NCBI GenBank assembly: GCA_041652555.1
Contig: JBAZHE010000005.1
Location: 7,547 to 64,515, forward strand
Origin: Patescibacteria group bacterium
Lineage (GTDB): Bacteria; Patescibacteriota; Patescibacteriia; Patescibacteriales; WJLG01
Direction of reading: 5' to 3'
DNA: 56,969 nt
The notes beneath the pieces are model-generated. The model saw nothing but the letters and a program-made list of their open reading frames with translations, was not told the origin of the DNA and made no database searches. This document shows positions 1-10,816 of this stretch, piece after piece. Numbering within the stretch: the first letter of the stretch is position 1; the number at the start of each line of letters is the position of its first letter. The position numbers and the translations under genes are program-made.

Positions 1-393
1 AAGGGTCGTGTGAGCAAAAAGAAGAAAATTAAGTCTTTTGCTTTACATCTTACCAATGACACTTTGCATAGAAAAAAGAAGATTCTTCAAAGAGGAGCTC
101 CTTTTAAGCAGGGTGTTTGTGTTAAGGTTACCACAGTAACTCCAAAGAAACCAAACTCCGCTTTACGTAAAATTGCTCGTGTCAGACTATCCAATGGTAT
201 GGAAGTAACTGCTTATATTCCTGGAATTGGTCATAATTTGCAAGAACATTCCATTGTTTTGATAAAAGGTGGTAGAACCAAAGATCTTCCTGGTTTACGC
301 TATAAGATTATTCGCGGTGTTTACGACGCTCAGGGTGTTGAAGGTCGCCGCCAGTCCCGTTCTCGCTACGGCGCTAAGCGCCCCAAGGCTTAA
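1..393 (+). CDS. rpsL: 30S ribosomal protein S12 (5' end probably cut by window edge)
   Basis: Frame 1 is open from nt 1 (KGRVSKKKK...). Conserved core [15 protein letters not shown]...[27 protein letters not shown]. Followed by S7 and EF-G, the str operon order. Confidence 0.95.
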   Translation, partial: KGRVSKKKKIKSFALHLTNDTLHRKKKILQRGAPFKQGVCVKVTTVTPKKPNSALRKIARVRLSNGMEVTAYIPGIGHNLQEHSIVLIKGGRTKDLPGLRYKIIRGVYDAQGVEGRRQSRSRYGAKRPKA

Positions 394-412
394 ATATAAT
401 TTTTAAAATATT

Positions 413-880
413 ATGCGTGGAAAACAAGCTCCTAAAAGAAAAAAAGATGGTGATCCTAGATATAATGATCAAAGTATTGCCAAATTTATTTGTTATATAA
501 TGAAGGACGGTAAAAAAAGTATAGCCGAAAGAATCGTCTATGATGCTTTTGAATTGGTCAAGGATGAAACTAAACAAGATCCTCGTCATGTTTTTAATAA
601 GGCTATGAAAAAAGTTGCCCCGCTTTTGGAAACTAGAAGCAAAAGAGTCGGTGGCGCAAACTTTCAAGTTCCTATGCAAGTGCGTGGAAACCGTCGCTTT
701 ATTTTGGGCTGTCGCTGGATGATCACCGCCGCTAATACTCGCAAGGGCAAGCCGATGGCCGAGAAATTAGCTATTGAGATTATTGAAGCTGCTAATGGCA
801 CTGGTGCCGCTGTCAAAAAACGCGAAGATGTCCACCGTATGGCCGAAGCCAACAAAGCCTTTGCGCATTTCGCGCGATAA
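413..880 (+). CDS. rpsG: 30S ribosomal protein S7
   Basis: 155 aa with S7 motifs (KFICYIMKDGKKSIAERIVY..., VGGANFQVPMQV, RMAEANKAFAHF). Position after rpsL. Confidence 0.97.
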   Translation: MRGKQAPKRKKDGDPRYNDQSIAKFICYIMKDGKKSIAERIVYDAFELVKDETKQDPRHVFNKAMKKVAPLLETRSKRVGGANFQVPMQVRGNRRFILGCRWMITAANTRKGKPMAEKLAIEIIEAANGTGAAVKKREDVHRMAEANKAFAHFAR

Positions 881-962
881 TTTTAAGATATCCCCTTAGT
901 AGAGGATGTTTTATTTTTCCTTAATTTATAATTTATCATTCATTATTTATCATTGAAATTTT

Positions 963-3068
963 ATGCCTCGCGATTACGCTTTAGATAAAGTAAGAAATAT
1001 TGGCATTTGTGCTCATATTGACGCCGGAAAAACCACTTTTACCGAGCGGGTTTTGTTTTACACCGGTAAGAAACATAAAATTGGCGAGGTGCACGAAGGC
1101 GCTGCGGAAATGGATTGGATGGAGCAGGAGAAAGAAAGAGGTATTACCATTACTTCTGCCGCTACAACTTGTTTTTGGAAAAATCATAAAATAAACTTAA
1201 TTGATACTCCTGGGCACGTAGATTTTACCGTTGAGGTAGAACGTTCTATGCGTGTTTTGGACGGTGCTGTGGCCGTTTTTGACGGTTCTCAGGGTGTTGA
1301 ACCTCAGTCTGAGACTGTCTGGCGCCAAGCTGATAAATATCATATTCCTCGTTTGTGTTTCGTGAATAAAATGGATAAATTAGGTGCTGATTTTTATATG
1401 AGTTTGGAATCGATTCAGAAACGTCTCAACCCGGTGGCTTTTGCCGTACAATTGCCGATCGGTGCGGATAGCACTTTCTCCGGTTTAATTGATTTAATAG
1501 AAAAGAAGGCTTATAAGTTTGAAGGTGCCAATGGTGAAAAAATAGTTGAAATTGAAATTCCGGCTGATATGGTCGATCAAGTTGAAAAATATCATGCAAC
1601 GATGGTTGAAAAAATTGCTGAATGTGATGATATTTTAATGGACAAATTTTTTAATGGTCAAGAAATAACTGTTGATGAATTGAAAATTACTTTGCGTAAA
1701 GGTGTTGTGGACAGCAAGATTTATCCGGTTTTTTGCGGTTCCGCTTTGCAAAATGTCGGCGTTCAGCTTGTTTTGGACGCCGTAGTTGCCTATCTTCCTT
1801 CTCCGCTTGATGTGGAGTTTGTTGTAGGAACTGATGTTGATGATAAGGAAAAGGAGATAAAAGTTATTCCTTCTGACGAAGAACCTTTTGCCGGGTTGGC
1901 TTTTAAGATTGCTACCGATCCTTTTGTCGGAAAACTTTGTTTTGTCCGTATTTATTCTGGAAAATTAGAAGCTGGTTCTTATGTTGAAAATTCTACTAAT
2001 GGAGAAAAAGAAAGAATCGGTCGTCTTGTTCGTATGCACGCCAATCATCGCGAAGATGTCAAAGAAGTTTATGCTGGTGATATTGTTGCCGTTGTTGGTT
2101 TGAAAGCGACTACTACCGGAAATACTTTATGCGACGAGCGTCGTCCTGTTCTCTTGGAGAGTATTACTTTCCCTGAGCCGGTTATTAAAATTGCTGTGGA
2201 ACCAAAGACTAAGGCTGATCAAGAAAAGATGGGCGTGGCCTTGTCTAAATTAGCCGAGGAAGATCCGACTTTCCGAGTAGAATCTGATGAAGAAACTAAT
2301 CAAACTCTAATCTCTGGTATGGGTGAATTGCATTTAGATATTATTGTTGATCGCATGCGTCGTGAATTTGGCGTTGATGCTAATATCGGTAATCCCCAAG
2401 TTTCTTATCGTGAAGCTATCAAAAAATCCGCCGAAGGCGAAGGTAAATATATTAAACAGTCTGGTGGTCGTGGTCAATACGGTCATTGCTATTTAACAGT
2501 TGAACCGGCAACAGTTGATTCGGAAACCGGAGCAATTAAACCGTTTGAATTTGTTAATGCCACTAAAGGCGGATCAATTCCACGAGAATACATTCCAGCT
2601 ATTGAAAAGGGTGTTAAGGAAGCTTTGACTAATGGTATTGTTGCCGGTTATCCGTTGATAAATATTAAGGTGTCTGTAACAGATGGTTCTTACCATGAAG
2701 TTGACTCTTCAGAAATCGCTTTTAAAATGGCAGCTATCATGGGTTTTAAAGAAGCCTGCCGTAAAGCCGAACCGATTCTACTTGAGCCTATAATGAAAGT
2801 TGAAGTTATCACCCCAGAAGAATATATGGGAAACGTTGTTGGAGATTTGAGTTCTCGCCGTGGTCAAATAGAAGAAATGACCCAGCGCGGTACAGCCAAG
2901 GTTGTCAATGCCAAGGTTCCGTTAGCTGAAATGTTCGGCTATGTAACGGACTTGCGCTCTATGTCTCAAGGACGTGCTTCTTCAACGATGGAATTTTTTG
3001 AATACCACGAAGTCCCGAGAAATGTTTTGGAAAAAATTCAGGAAAAAGAAGGAAAATCAGCTAAATAA
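963..3068 (+). CDS. fusA: translation elongation factor G
   Basis: 701 aa. GTPase motifs [21 protein letters not shown]. Full-length EF-G domains. Confidence 0.98.
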   Translation: MPRDYALDKVRNIGICAHIDAGKTTFTERVLFYTGKKHKIGEVHEGAAEMDWMEQEKERGITITSAATTCFWKNHKINLIDTPGHVDFTVEVERSMRVLDGAVAVFDGSQGVEPQSETVWRQADKYHIPRLCFVNKMDKLGADFYMSLESIQKRLNPVAFAVQLPIGADSTFSGLIDLIEKKAYKFEGANGEKIVEIEIPADMVDQVEKYHATMVEKIAECDDILMDKFFNGQEITVDELKITLRKGVVDSKIYPVFCGSALQNVGVQLVLDAVVAYLPSPLDVEFVVGTDVDDKEKEIKVIPSDEEPFAGLAFKIATDPFVGKLCFVRIYSGKLEAGSYVENSTNGEKERIGRLVRMHANHREDVKEVYAGDIVAVVGLKATTTGNTLCDERRPVLLESITFPEPVIKIAVEPKTKADQEKMGVALSKLAEEDPTFRVESDEETNQTLISGMGELHLDIIVDRMRREFGVDANIGNPQVSYREAIKKSAEGEGKYIKQSGGRGQYGHCYLTVEPATVDSETGAIKPFEFVNATKGGSIPREYIPAIEKGVKEALTNGIVAGYPLINIKVSVTDGSYHEVDSSEIAFKMAAIMGFKEACRKAEPILLEPIMKVEVITPEEYMGNVVGDLSSRRGQIEEMTQRGTAKVVNAKVPLAEMFGYVTDLRSMSQGRASSTMEFFEYHEVPRNVLEKIQEKEGKSAK

Positions 3069-3125
3069 TTTTAAGGGAGTGTCATTTTGTTGACCAATTA
3101 TTATTTTTAGGTTAAAATTATTTCT

Positions 3126-3719
3126 ATGAAAAGACAACTTTTAAAAGCTTTAGAAATAGCGGCCATAACTGGAGACAAAGTTATTGTAGTTGATGAAAAA
3201 ACCGATCAAGGTTTGGTTGTAATGGGCTTGGGTGAGTATGAACAGTTTTTGTTTGGTAGAAGAAGTGATGATTATTCTTTGACAGAAAATGATTCTCTTG
3301 ATAATATTAATGATGTCGCTTTTGAAAATAATGACTGGGAAAATGATCGGGAAAGCGAGAAATCTTCTCTTGCTGAAGCCATGAAGGATGAGGATGATTT
3401 TGAAGAAGAAGATGATGAATTGCCAGACATTTTTAAAGATAATGAAAAATTTAAAGATTCTGATATTCCCTTTGAAGATTTTTCTCCATTGGACGAGATC
3501 GCAGTGGATAAATCGCCTGCTTTCATTGAAGCTACGGCGGACAAGGTTGACGAAGATGAAAACCTTTATTATTACGAGGAACCAACAGAAAAGGCTAAAG
3601 AGAATAAAGAAAAAGATAGCGGGTTTACTAGCATTCAGGATGAATTAAAGGAAAAAAGAAAATGGGAAATTCCGCCAACCATTAAAAAGGGCGCAGAAGA
3701 AGTGATTAATAAAAATTAA
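3126..3719 (+). CDS. hypothetical acidic protein (small N-terminal module plus long Asp/Glu-rich tail)
   Basis: 197-aa ORF between fusA and tuf, same strand. No recognisable catalytic motif. Low-complexity acidic C-terminal two thirds. Confidence 0.6.
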   Translation: MKRQLLKALEIAAITGDKVIVVDEKTDQGLVVMGLGEYEQFLFGRRSDDYSLTENDSLDNINDVAFENNDWENDRESEKSSLAEAMKDEDDFEEEDDELPDIFKDNEKFKDSDIPFEDFSPLDEIAVDKSPAFIEATADKVDEDENLYYYEEPTEKAKENKEKDSGFTSIQDELKEKRKWEIPPTIKKGAEEVINKN

Positions 3720-3819
3720 TTTTTAAAAAATAATTTATTTTAAACGGCTGGCCCCTCTTTAATTAATGGGGAAAACCCGAACTACCATGAACGGAGATTC
3801 GGGGCTGTAAATCAAAAAT

Positions 3820-5007
3820 ATGGCAGAAAAATTTGAACGCACAAAGACGCATGTTAACGTTGGTACTATTGGTCATGTTGACCACGGTAAGACAACTTTA
3901 ACTGCGGCTATCCTCGCTGTTTTAACGGCGAAAGGCTTTACTACTTCCAATAAATCAGTTGATCAAATTGATGCGGCTCCGGAAGAAAAAGCTCGTGGCA
4001 TTACTATTAATACTGCTCACGTGGAGTACGAGACAGAGAAGAGACATTATGCTCACGTTGATTGTCCAGGGCATGCTGATTATGTTAAAAACATGATCAC
4101 CGGCGCCGCTCAGATGGATGGAGCTATCTTGGTTGTGGCCGCCACTGACGGTCCGATGCCTCAGACTCGCGAACACATTCTTTTAGCTCGTCAGGTTGGA
4201 GTTCCTTATATTATTGTTTTTTTGAACAAGTGCGACATGGTTGAAGACAAAGAATTGATTGACTTAGTAGAGGAGGAAGTTCGCGATCTTTTGAAACAAT
4301 ACCAGTTTCCTGGTGAAACCACTCCAATTGTACGCGGTTCCGCATTGAAAGCTTTGGAAAATCCGGCTGGTGAATGGGGTGATAAAGTTATGGAATTGAT
4401 GGGGCACTTAGATATCCATATTCCTGATCCAGTGCGTGATATTGAAAAACCATTCCTAATGCCGATTGAAGATATTTTTTCCATTGAAGGTCGTGGCACT
4501 GTTGTGACAGGCAGAATTGAAAGAGGTATTTGCAATTTAAATGATGACGTCGAGATCGTCGGTTTAGGGGAAACTCAAAAATCCGTTATTACCGGTATCG
4601 AAATGTTTAATAAGCAATTAGATAAAGGTATGTGCGGTGATAATGCCGGTATTCTTTTGCGCGGAACCAAGAAAGAAGAGGTGGAGCGTGGTATGGTTTT
4701 GGCCAAACCGGGCTCTATTACTCCTCATACTGAATTTGAAGCTCAGGTTTATGTCTTAACTAAGGAAGAAGGCGGTCGTCACAAACCTTTCTTTAAAGGT
4801 TATAAACCACAATTTTATATCCGTACCACTGACGTTACTGGTGAAATTGAATTACCGGCTGGAACTGAGATGGTTATGCCTGGAGACACTGTCACTGTCA
4901 CGGTTAAATTGATTTCTCCAGTGGCCTTGGAAGAAAAAGGTAAGTTCGCTATTCGTGAAGGCGGCCGCACTGTTGGTGCCGGTTCCGTCACTAAAATCAT
5001 TAAGTAA
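3820..5007 (+). CDS. tuf: translation elongation factor Tu
   Basis: 395 aa. [21 protein letters not shown]. Near-canonical EF-Tu throughout. Confidence 0.98.
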   Translation: MAEKFERTKTHVNVGTIGHVDHGKTTLTAAILAVLTAKGFTTSNKSVDQIDAAPEEKARGITINTAHVEYETEKRHYAHVDCPGHADYVKNMITGAAQMDGAILVVAATDGPMPQTREHILLARQVGVPYIIVFLNKCDMVEDKELIDLVEEEVRDLLKQYQFPGETTPIVRGSALKALENPAGEWGDKVMELMGHLDIHIPDPVRDIEKPFLMPIEDIFSIEGRGTVVTGRIERGICNLNDDVEIVGLGETQKSVITGIEMFNKQLDKGMCGDNAGILLRGTKKEEVERGMVLAKPGSITPHTEFEAQVYVLTKEEGGRHKPFFKGYKPQFYIRTTDVTGEIELPAGTEMVMPGDTVTVTVKLISPVALEEKGKFAIREGGRTVGAGSVTKIIK

Positions 5008-5126
5008 ACCGATATTTTTCCGGCTTGAATTATATTCGAGCCGGAGGCTGTATCCATTTATTCCGTTGAGATAGGCTACCTGAAATGGTGCCTTGGAAGG
5101 AGAGAAATCTCCCTCAACCTAACAAC

Positions 5127-5504
5127 ATGACTGAGGAGAAAATCAAAAAAGACGTAAAAGTCGCAGCTGTTAAAGTAAAAAAAGAAACAGAGGAAGTGAA
5201 GCAGAAAATCCGTATCAAGATTAAAGCTTTTGATCACAAAATCATTGACAAGTCTACCAAGACTATTATTGATACTGTGTTTAAAAGTGGTGCGCAGATT
5301 TTTGGCCCTATTCCTTTGCCAACAGAGAAAGTGCGTTATACTGTGAACCGGTCAACTTTTGTTAATAAAGATTCCCGCGATCAGTATGAAATGCGCGTCC
5401 ACAAAAGAATTATTGATATTGTCGACCCGAGCGCTAAAACTGTAGAGGATTTGTCTGGTTTGAATTTGCCGGCTGGCGTTGATGTGGAGATAAAAATGGT
5501 TTAG
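5127..5504 (+). CDS. rpsJ: 30S ribosomal protein S10 (with Lys-rich N-terminal extension)
   Basis: Core [18 protein letters not shown]...[12 protein letters not shown]. The ORF is open from 5085, but the ATG at 5127 is the likelier start. Confidence 0.9.
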   Translation: MTEEKIKKDVKVAAVKVKKETEEVKQKIRIKIKAFDHKIIDKSTKTIIDTVFKSGAQIFGPIPLPTEKVRYTVNRSTFVNKDSRDQYEMRVHKRIIDIVDPSAKTVEDLSGLNLPAGVDVEIKMV

Positions 5505-5814
5505 GATGTGACGTTTTTCTTTCTTTTTTGTTTAAATTTGCTATTTTATAGTTAGAGCAACTCTTTGACTTTTGTTAAAGAAAGTGTTTTATTTATAAAT
5601 AGTAAGAGTATAAGAAGTTACTAAAGATACGCAGCAATAGCTAAAGTTATTATAAATTGCGCTAAATAGTAATTTTTTTAAAAGAAATTCAACTAAAGTT
5701 AGCCGAAAATTCAATATTGACTATTTTTTTATTTTAAGCTATGCTTAAATAGTCATTTTTAATGAATTGACCGCTTTTGTTGAAGGTCAATTTTTTGTTT
5801 AAAGTAAAGTGTTT

Positions 5815-6561
5815 ATGAAATTCATTATAGGTAAAAAAATTGAGATGACTCAGATTTGGCAGGGCGATAAGATTATCCCGGTTACCAAGGTGTTAGCCGG
5901 TCCATGTTCAGTTATTCAAGTTAAAAATAAAGAAAAAGACGGATATTGCTCCGTTCAGCTTGGTTTTGAAGAAAAGAAGGCAAAAAATATTGCTAAACCG
6001 CAACTTGGCCATTTTAAGAAGGTTGGGATTAATTTTAAGACGGTTAAAGAATTTCGTTTGGACAGGATTGGTCGTGAAGAAAAAACTGAGTTTTCTTTGG
6101 GGGATAAAATTGATGTTGGAACTTTTGTTATTGGAGATCAAATTGATATCGTTGGCGTTTCTAAAGGTAAGGGTTTTCAGGGTGTTGTTAAACGCCATCA
6201 TTTTGCTGGTGGTCGCAAAAGCCATGGCAACAAAGATCAGTTGCGTATGCCGGGGTCCGTGAGTTCCACTGGTGTTGGCCATGTTTTTCGCGGCACTAAA
6301 ATGGGTGGGCGAATGGGTGGTGACAGAGTTACTGTAAAAAATTCTGAAATAATTTCCATCGATGAAGTGAATAATTTTATATTTATTAAAGGTGCAGTCC
6401 CAGGTGCTAGAAATGGCCTAGTTTTAATTCAAGGTTTGGGAGAATTAAAAATTATAAAACCGTCAACCGCTAAGGTTCCGGAGGATGAACCAGAAATTAA
6501 AATTGAAAGCATTGAGACTGAGGAAATTAAAGCGGAAACGATAAAAGAAGAGGTTAAATAA
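5815..6561 (+). CDS. rplC: 50S ribosomal protein L3 (acidic C-terminal extension)
   Basis: FQGVVKRHHFAGGRKSHGN and MGGRMGGDRVT motifs. ATG at 5815 (GTG at 5809 also possible). Confidence 0.93.
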   Translation: MKFIIGKKIEMTQIWQGDKIIPVTKVLAGPCSVIQVKNKEKDGYCSVQLGFEEKKAKNIAKPQLGHFKKVGINFKTVKEFRLDRIGREEKTEFSLGDKIDVGTFVIGDQIDIVGVSKGKGFQGVVKRHHFAGGRKSHGNKDQLRMPGSVSSTGVGHVFRGTKMGGRMGGDRVTVKNSEIISIDEVNNFIFIKGAVPGARNGLVLIQGLGELKIIKPSTAKVPEDEPEIKIESIETEEIKAETIKEEVK

Positions 6562-6578
6562 TATTTTAATCAATTAGA

Positions 6579-7265
6579 ATGAAATTAAATATTTACAATC
6601 AGCAAGGAGAAACTAAATCAGAGATAGAAATTTCTGATAAGGTTTTTGGCGTTAAAGTCAATTCGGTTTTAATTAATGAGGCAGTGGTTGCGCAAATGGC
6701 TAATGAAAGGCAAGTTTTAGCTGACACTAAGGGTAGAAGCGAAGTTCGTGGTGGTGGTAGAAAGCCGTGGCGTCAAAAAGGCACTGGCCGCGCCAGAGCT
6801 GGTTCTAGTCGTTCTCCGATCTGGGTTGGTGGTGGTGTGACTTTTGGTCCAACCAAAGATCGTAATTTTTCTAAAAAAATAAATAAGCAAGCTAAGAAAA
6901 AAGCTTTATTGATGGTTTTATCCGATCGCGTTGCTAGTAATTCTTTGTTGATTTTAGATCAAGTTGTTTTAGAAGGTTTTAAAACCAAAGTTTTTAATGA
7001 AATTTTAAATAATTTGGAAGAAAAAGTTTTAAAAATAACAACTGTTGATGAAAAGAAGAAAAATAAAAAAGTTAGAAGTGGCAAGAGAAGTATTCTTTTT
7101 ATTAATGAGGCTAAAGACAAAAAAATAAATAATTCCGGTCGAAATTTATCTGGCGTAAAGATGCTGAATATTCAAAATATTAATATTGTTGATTTGTTAA
7201 AATATAAAACAGTTATCACGAGTGAGGTGGCTGTTAAAAAATTGGAAGAAATTTATAAAAAATAG
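6579..7265 (+). CDS. rplD: 50S ribosomal protein L4
   Basis: RGGGRKPWRQKGTGRARAGSSRSPIWVGGGVTFGP motif. S10 operon order. Confidence 0.95.
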   Translation: MKLNIYNQQGETKSEIEISDKVFGVKVNSVLINEAVVAQMANERQVLADTKGRSEVRGGGRKPWRQKGTGRARAGSSRSPIWVGGGVTFGPTKDRNFSKKINKQAKKKALLMVLSDRVASNSLLILDQVVLEGFKTKVFNEILNNLEEKVLKITTVDEKKKNKKVRSGKRSILFINEAKDKKINNSGRNLSGVKMLNIQNINIVDLLKYKTVITSEVAVKKLEEIYKK

Positions 7266-7266
7266 T

Positions 7267-7737
7267 ATGTCTTTGTTTGGCAATAAAAAAACTGAAGAAA
7301 AAGAAGTTAAGTCCGTTAAAGAAAAAACGACTTCTTCGGTTGTAAAAAAAGAAAATAAGCCGACAGCCAGTATGAAGAATCTTTATGGTGGCGAGGCTAA
7401 AAAAATAGCCATGGTCAGCTCTAATTCTTCTGTTGTTAAAAAAGGCTTGCCTATTTTAGCTGGCAGAGTTTTGGTTAAGCCGCTAGTCACTGAAAAGGGG
7501 AGTACTATGTCCGCTTCGGGAAAATATCTTTTTGCTATAGCAAATAAATCTAACAAGATTGAGGTGGAAAAAGCTATTTTAGAAGCTTATGGAATAAAAC
7601 CGTTGAAAGTTAATATTATTAATGTTCTGGGAAAAATTAAGAAACGTGGTCGCGTTGTTGGCAAGAGAAAAGATTGGAAAAAAGCCATTGTTACCTTACC
7701 GAAAGGAAAGACTATCCAAATTTACGAAGGAATATAA
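7267..7737 (+). CDS. rplW: 50S ribosomal protein L23 (about 60-aa Lys-rich N-terminal extension)
   Basis: L23 core LVKPLVTEKGS...KRKDWKKAIVTLPKG in the C-terminal half. ATG at 7267 directly after the rplD stop. Confidence 0.9.
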   Translation: MSLFGNKKTEEKEVKSVKEKTTSSVVKKENKPTASMKNLYGGEAKKIAMVSSNSSVVKKGLPILAGRVLVKPLVTEKGSTMSASGKYLFAIANKSNKIEVEKAILEAYGIKPLKVNIINVLGKIKKRGRVVGKRKDWKKAIVTLPKGKTIQIYEGI

Positions 7738-7742
7738 AAAAT

Positions 7743-8585
7743 ATGGGAATTAAAAAGATAAAACCTAATAATGCTGCTAGAAGGAATATAACTTTTGATG
7801 ATTTTTCCGATATTACCGGCAAGAATCGTGTTAAGTCTTTATTGTTGAAAAAGAAATCTACCAGTGGCCGCAATAATCAAGGACGGATTACAATTCGTCA
7901 TCGTGGTGGTGCGGTTAAGCGCGCGGTTAGAGTAGTTGATTTTAAAAGAGATAAGTTTGATATTCCGGCTATTGTTAAAGATATTGAATATGATCCGGGG
8001 CGTGGTGCGAGAATTGCTTTGCTTTTTTATGTTGATGGAGAAAAAAGATATATCGTTGCTCCAGAAGGCCTTAAAGCCGGCGATAAGATTGTAAGTTCAA
8101 AAAAAGAAATTGAAATTAAAGCTGGTAATTGTTTACCTTTGCAATTTATTCCGGCTGGCATAGAAATAAGCTGCGTGGAATTGGAGCCTAGCAAAGGTGC
8201 TAAAATTGCTCGTGGTGCTGGTAATTCCGTCTTAGTTATGGGTGTTGAGGGGAAATTTGCGCAATTAAAGATGCCTTCAGGTGAAATTCGTTTAGTTTGG
8301 AAAGATTGCCTTTGCACTATCGGAAAGGTAAGCAATTCTGATAGAATGCATATTGTTTACGGCAATGCCGGTCGCATGCGCAAGCGTGGCTGGCGTCCTG
8401 CTACTCGCGGTACGGCCATGAATCCTTGTGATCATCCGCACGGCGGTGGTGAAGGTAAGCAACCGATTGGTTTAAAGCATCCGAAGACTCCTTGGGGCAA
8501 ACCAGCACTAGGTGTTCCTACTAGAAGAAAAGGTCTGTCTAATAAATTTATTATTCAAAGAAGAAAAAGAAGAACAGATAAGTAA
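7743..8585 (+). CDS. rplB: 50S ribosomal protein L2
   Basis: GRNNQGRITIRHRGGG-like and MNPCDHPHGGGEGK motifs. ATG at 7743 (MGIKKIKP...). Confidence 0.95.
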   Translation: MGIKKIKPNNAARRNITFDDFSDITGKNRVKSLLLKKKSTSGRNNQGRITIRHRGGAVKRAVRVVDFKRDKFDIPAIVKDIEYDPGRGARIALLFYVDGEKRYIVAPEGLKAGDKIVSSKKEIEIKAGNCLPLQFIPAGIEISCVELEPSKGAKIARGAGNSVLVMGVEGKFAQLKMPSGEIRLVWKDCLCTIGKVSNSDRMHIVYGNAGRMRKRGWRPATRGTAMNPCDHPHGGGEGKQPIGLKHPKTPWGKPALGVPTRRKGLSNKFIIQRRKRRTDK

Positions 8586-8606
8586 AAAATTAAAAATTTA
8601 TTAAAT

Positions 8607-8912
8607 ATGTCCAGAAGTTTAAAAAAAGGTCCATACATTAACGAAAGATTATTAAAGAAAATTAAAGCGTTAAAGCCGACCGATAAAACAATTATTAAAA
8701 CTTGGGATCGTTCCTGTACGATAGTTCCGGAAATGGTTGGGTTTACTATTGGTGTACATAATGGTAAAATGCATTTTCCTGTTTATGTAGTGGAAAATAT
8801 GGTTGGACATAAGTTGGGAGAATTTTCTTTGACCAAGAAATTTATCGTTCACGGTGGGAAAATAGCCAAAGATGAGGCTACTGCCGCCGCAACCGCTGGA
8901 AAAAATAAATAA
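8607..8912 (+). CDS. rpsS: 30S ribosomal protein S19
   Basis: [11 protein letters not shown]...[13 protein letters not shown]...GHKLGEF. Confidence 0.96.
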   Translation: MSRSLKKGPYINERLLKKIKALKPTDKTIIKTWDRSCTIVPEMVGFTIGVHNGKMHFPVYVVENMVGHKLGEFSLTKKFIVHGGKIAKDEATAAATAGKNK

Positions 8913-8927
8913 ATCAGATTTTTATAT

Positions 8928-9470
8928 ATGGAAATAAAAGCTAAGTTAAACAATTTAATATTATCCCCGAAAAAAGTTCGCTTGGTGGTTAATTTGGTGC
9001 GTGGCTTGAAAACCAAGAAAGCTTTGGAACAATTAGCTTTTGCCAATAAGAAAGCTGCTTTGCCAGTGTCTAAGTTGATAAAATCAGCCATCGCTAACGC
9101 TGAGCATAATTACGAATTAGATAAAAATAATTTGTTTATTAAAGAAATTCGAGTTGATGAGGCTGGAATGTTGCATCGTTGGACTCCGAAAGCCCATGGT
9201 AGCGCTACTCCGATCCGCAAACGTTTGAGCCATATAATTCTTACTTTATCAGAAATTAAAGATAGTGGCGTGAAGGTGGCTAAAAAGAGAGAGGTTGAAG
9301 CTCCGTTGTCCCTGAGTGAAATGGCGAAAAAAGAAACTTCTAGCAAAGAAAATAAAGATACTAAAGATTCCCTTAAGAAAGAAGAAAAATTCGCTGGCAA
9401 TAAGACTGATGCTGCTGGCCGGAAAGGTTTTGTTAATAAAATTTTTCAAAGAAAAAGTGGCAACAGCTAG
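8928..9470 (+). CDS. rplV: 50S ribosomal protein L22 (about 65-aa Lys/Glu-rich C-terminal extension)
   Basis: L22 core SPKKVRLVVNLVRG...RWTPKAHGSATPIRKRLSHI. Confidence 0.95.
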   Translation: MEIKAKLNNLILSPKKVRLVVNLVRGLKTKKALEQLAFANKKAALPVSKLIKSAIANAEHNYELDKNNLFIKEIRVDEAGMLHRWTPKAHGSATPIRKRLSHIILTLSEIKDSGVKVAKKREVEAPLSLSEMAKKETSSKENKDTKDSLKKEEKFAGNKTDAAGRKGFVNKIFQRKSGNS

Positions 9471-9494
9471 AACATAAAAAGAAATTTTAAAAAT

Positions 9495-10187
9495 ATGGGA
9501 AAAAAAGTTAATCCAAAAGTAATAAGATTAGGTATCACCAGAACTTGGCCTTCTGTTTGGTTTTCTTCCGGAAAAGAATATCGTCAAAATCTTAAGCAAG
9601 ATGTTCTGTTGCGTCGGTTTTTAATAAATGATTTAAAAGAAGCTGGAATTGACAGCGTTAAGGTTGAAAGGGCCGTAAAGAAAATTTCCATAGAGATACT
9701 TGTTGCCAAGCCGGGCATCGTGATTGGTCGCGGTGGCAATGGCATCGAAGTGTTAAAGAAAAAAATTCATAGTGGATTTTTGAAAAATTTTCGTTTAAAT
9801 GAAATAAATATCAGTATTAAAGAATGCGATCGCCCCAATCTTTCTGCACAAATTGTTTTGCAATCAATGATTGATGATATTGAAAAAAGAATTGCTTTTA
9901 AGAGAACGATGAAACAGGCGATTGGTCGAGTGGAAAAATCCGGAGCCTTGGGTGTGAAGGTTGTTATGGCTGGACGTCTAAATGGTGCGGAAATTGCTCG
10001 TGAAGAAATGCTTGTTTCTGGAAAAATTCCTTTGCAGACTTTGCGCGCCGATATTGATTATTCTCGCGGCACAGCCAGAACCACTTACGGCGCCGTCGGT
10101 ATAAAGGTTTGGATATATAAAGGAGAGATTTTTGATAAAGATTTAAATAAAGATAGTATGGGAGAAGTTATTGGTAGAAAGAAATAA
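9495..10187 (+). CDS. rpsC: 30S ribosomal protein S3
   Basis: MGKKVNPKVIRLGI... with KH-domain GIVIGRGG motif and GRLNGAEIAR. Confidence 0.96.
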   Translation: MGKKVNPKVIRLGITRTWPSVWFSSGKEYRQNLKQDVLLRRFLINDLKEAGIDSVKVERAVKKISIEILVAKPGIVIGRGGNGIEVLKKKIHSGFLKNFRLNEINISIKECDRPNLSAQIVLQSMIDDIEKRIAFKRTMKQAIGRVEKSGALGVKVVMAGRLNGAEIAREEMLVSGKIPLQTLRADIDYSRGTARTTYGAVGIKVWIYKGEIFDKDLNKDSMGEVIGRKK

Positions 10188-10208
10188 AAAATTAGCACCA
10201 AGTTATAT

Positions 10209-10619
10209 ATGTTAATGCCCAAGAAAACAAAATATAGAAAATCCCATAAAGGTTCCCGTGGTGGCAAGGCAACCAGCGGTTTAACCGTGAGTTTTGGCAG
10301 TTATGGCATGAAGTCATTGGAGAATTGCTGGGTGACAGCTAATCAGATAGAAGCGGCTCGTCGCGTCTTAACCCGTTATATTAAAAAGGGTGGCCGCATT
10401 TTTATTAGGATTTTTCCAGCCAAACCGGTTACTGCTAAGGGTGGAGAAATGCCAATGGGTAAGGGCAAGGGCGGTGTTGACCATTATGTTTGCGTAGTTA
10501 AGCCGGGGGTGGTGATGTTTGAATTGGAAGGTATGACTGAGGCTGAAGCTCGTCAGGCAGTAAGATTTGCCAGTGATAAATTGCCGGTAAAATCAAAATT
10601 TGTTAAAGCCAACGAATAA
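10209..10619 (+). CDS. rplP: 50S ribosomal protein L16
   Basis: MLMPKKTKYRKSHKG...IRIFPAKPVT.KG.EMPMGKGKG. Confidence 0.96.
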   Translation: MLMPKKTKYRKSHKGSRGGKATSGLTVSFGSYGMKSLENCWVTANQIEAARRVLTRYIKKGGRIFIRIFPAKPVTAKGGEMPMGKGKGGVDHYVCVVKPGVVMFELEGMTEAEARQAVRFASDKLPVKSKFVKANE

Positions 10620-10623
10620 AAAT

Positions 10624-10809
10624 ATGGATTTTAAAGAATTACAAAAGAAAAGCGAAAAAGAATTGCAGATTATTTTAGCCGAAGAGCGCGAGAAATTACG
10701 CTTAGAGCGTTTTCGCGATGCCAATAAACAGCTTAAAGATGTTCGTGAAATTCGCAGTTTAAAAAAGGAAATCGCTCGTGCTTTAACTTTGATTAATGCT
10801 AAAAAGTAA
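10624..10809 (+). CDS. rpmC: 50S ribosomal protein L29
   Basis: MDFKELQKKSEKELQ...LRLERFRDANKQLKDVREIR. ATG at 10624 right after the rplP stop. Confidence 0.9.
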   Translation: MDFKELQKKSEKELQIILAEEREKLRLERFRDANKQLKDVREIRSLKKEIARALTLINAKK

Positions 10810-10816
10810 TAATTTT

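Noticed and set aside
3745-3810. GC-richer patch with hairpin cccgaa...ttcggg upstream of tuf (possible small RNA or tRNA)
   Set aside because: It does not fold into a cloverleaf or any RNA family I can recognise. It is probably just a tuf leader structure.
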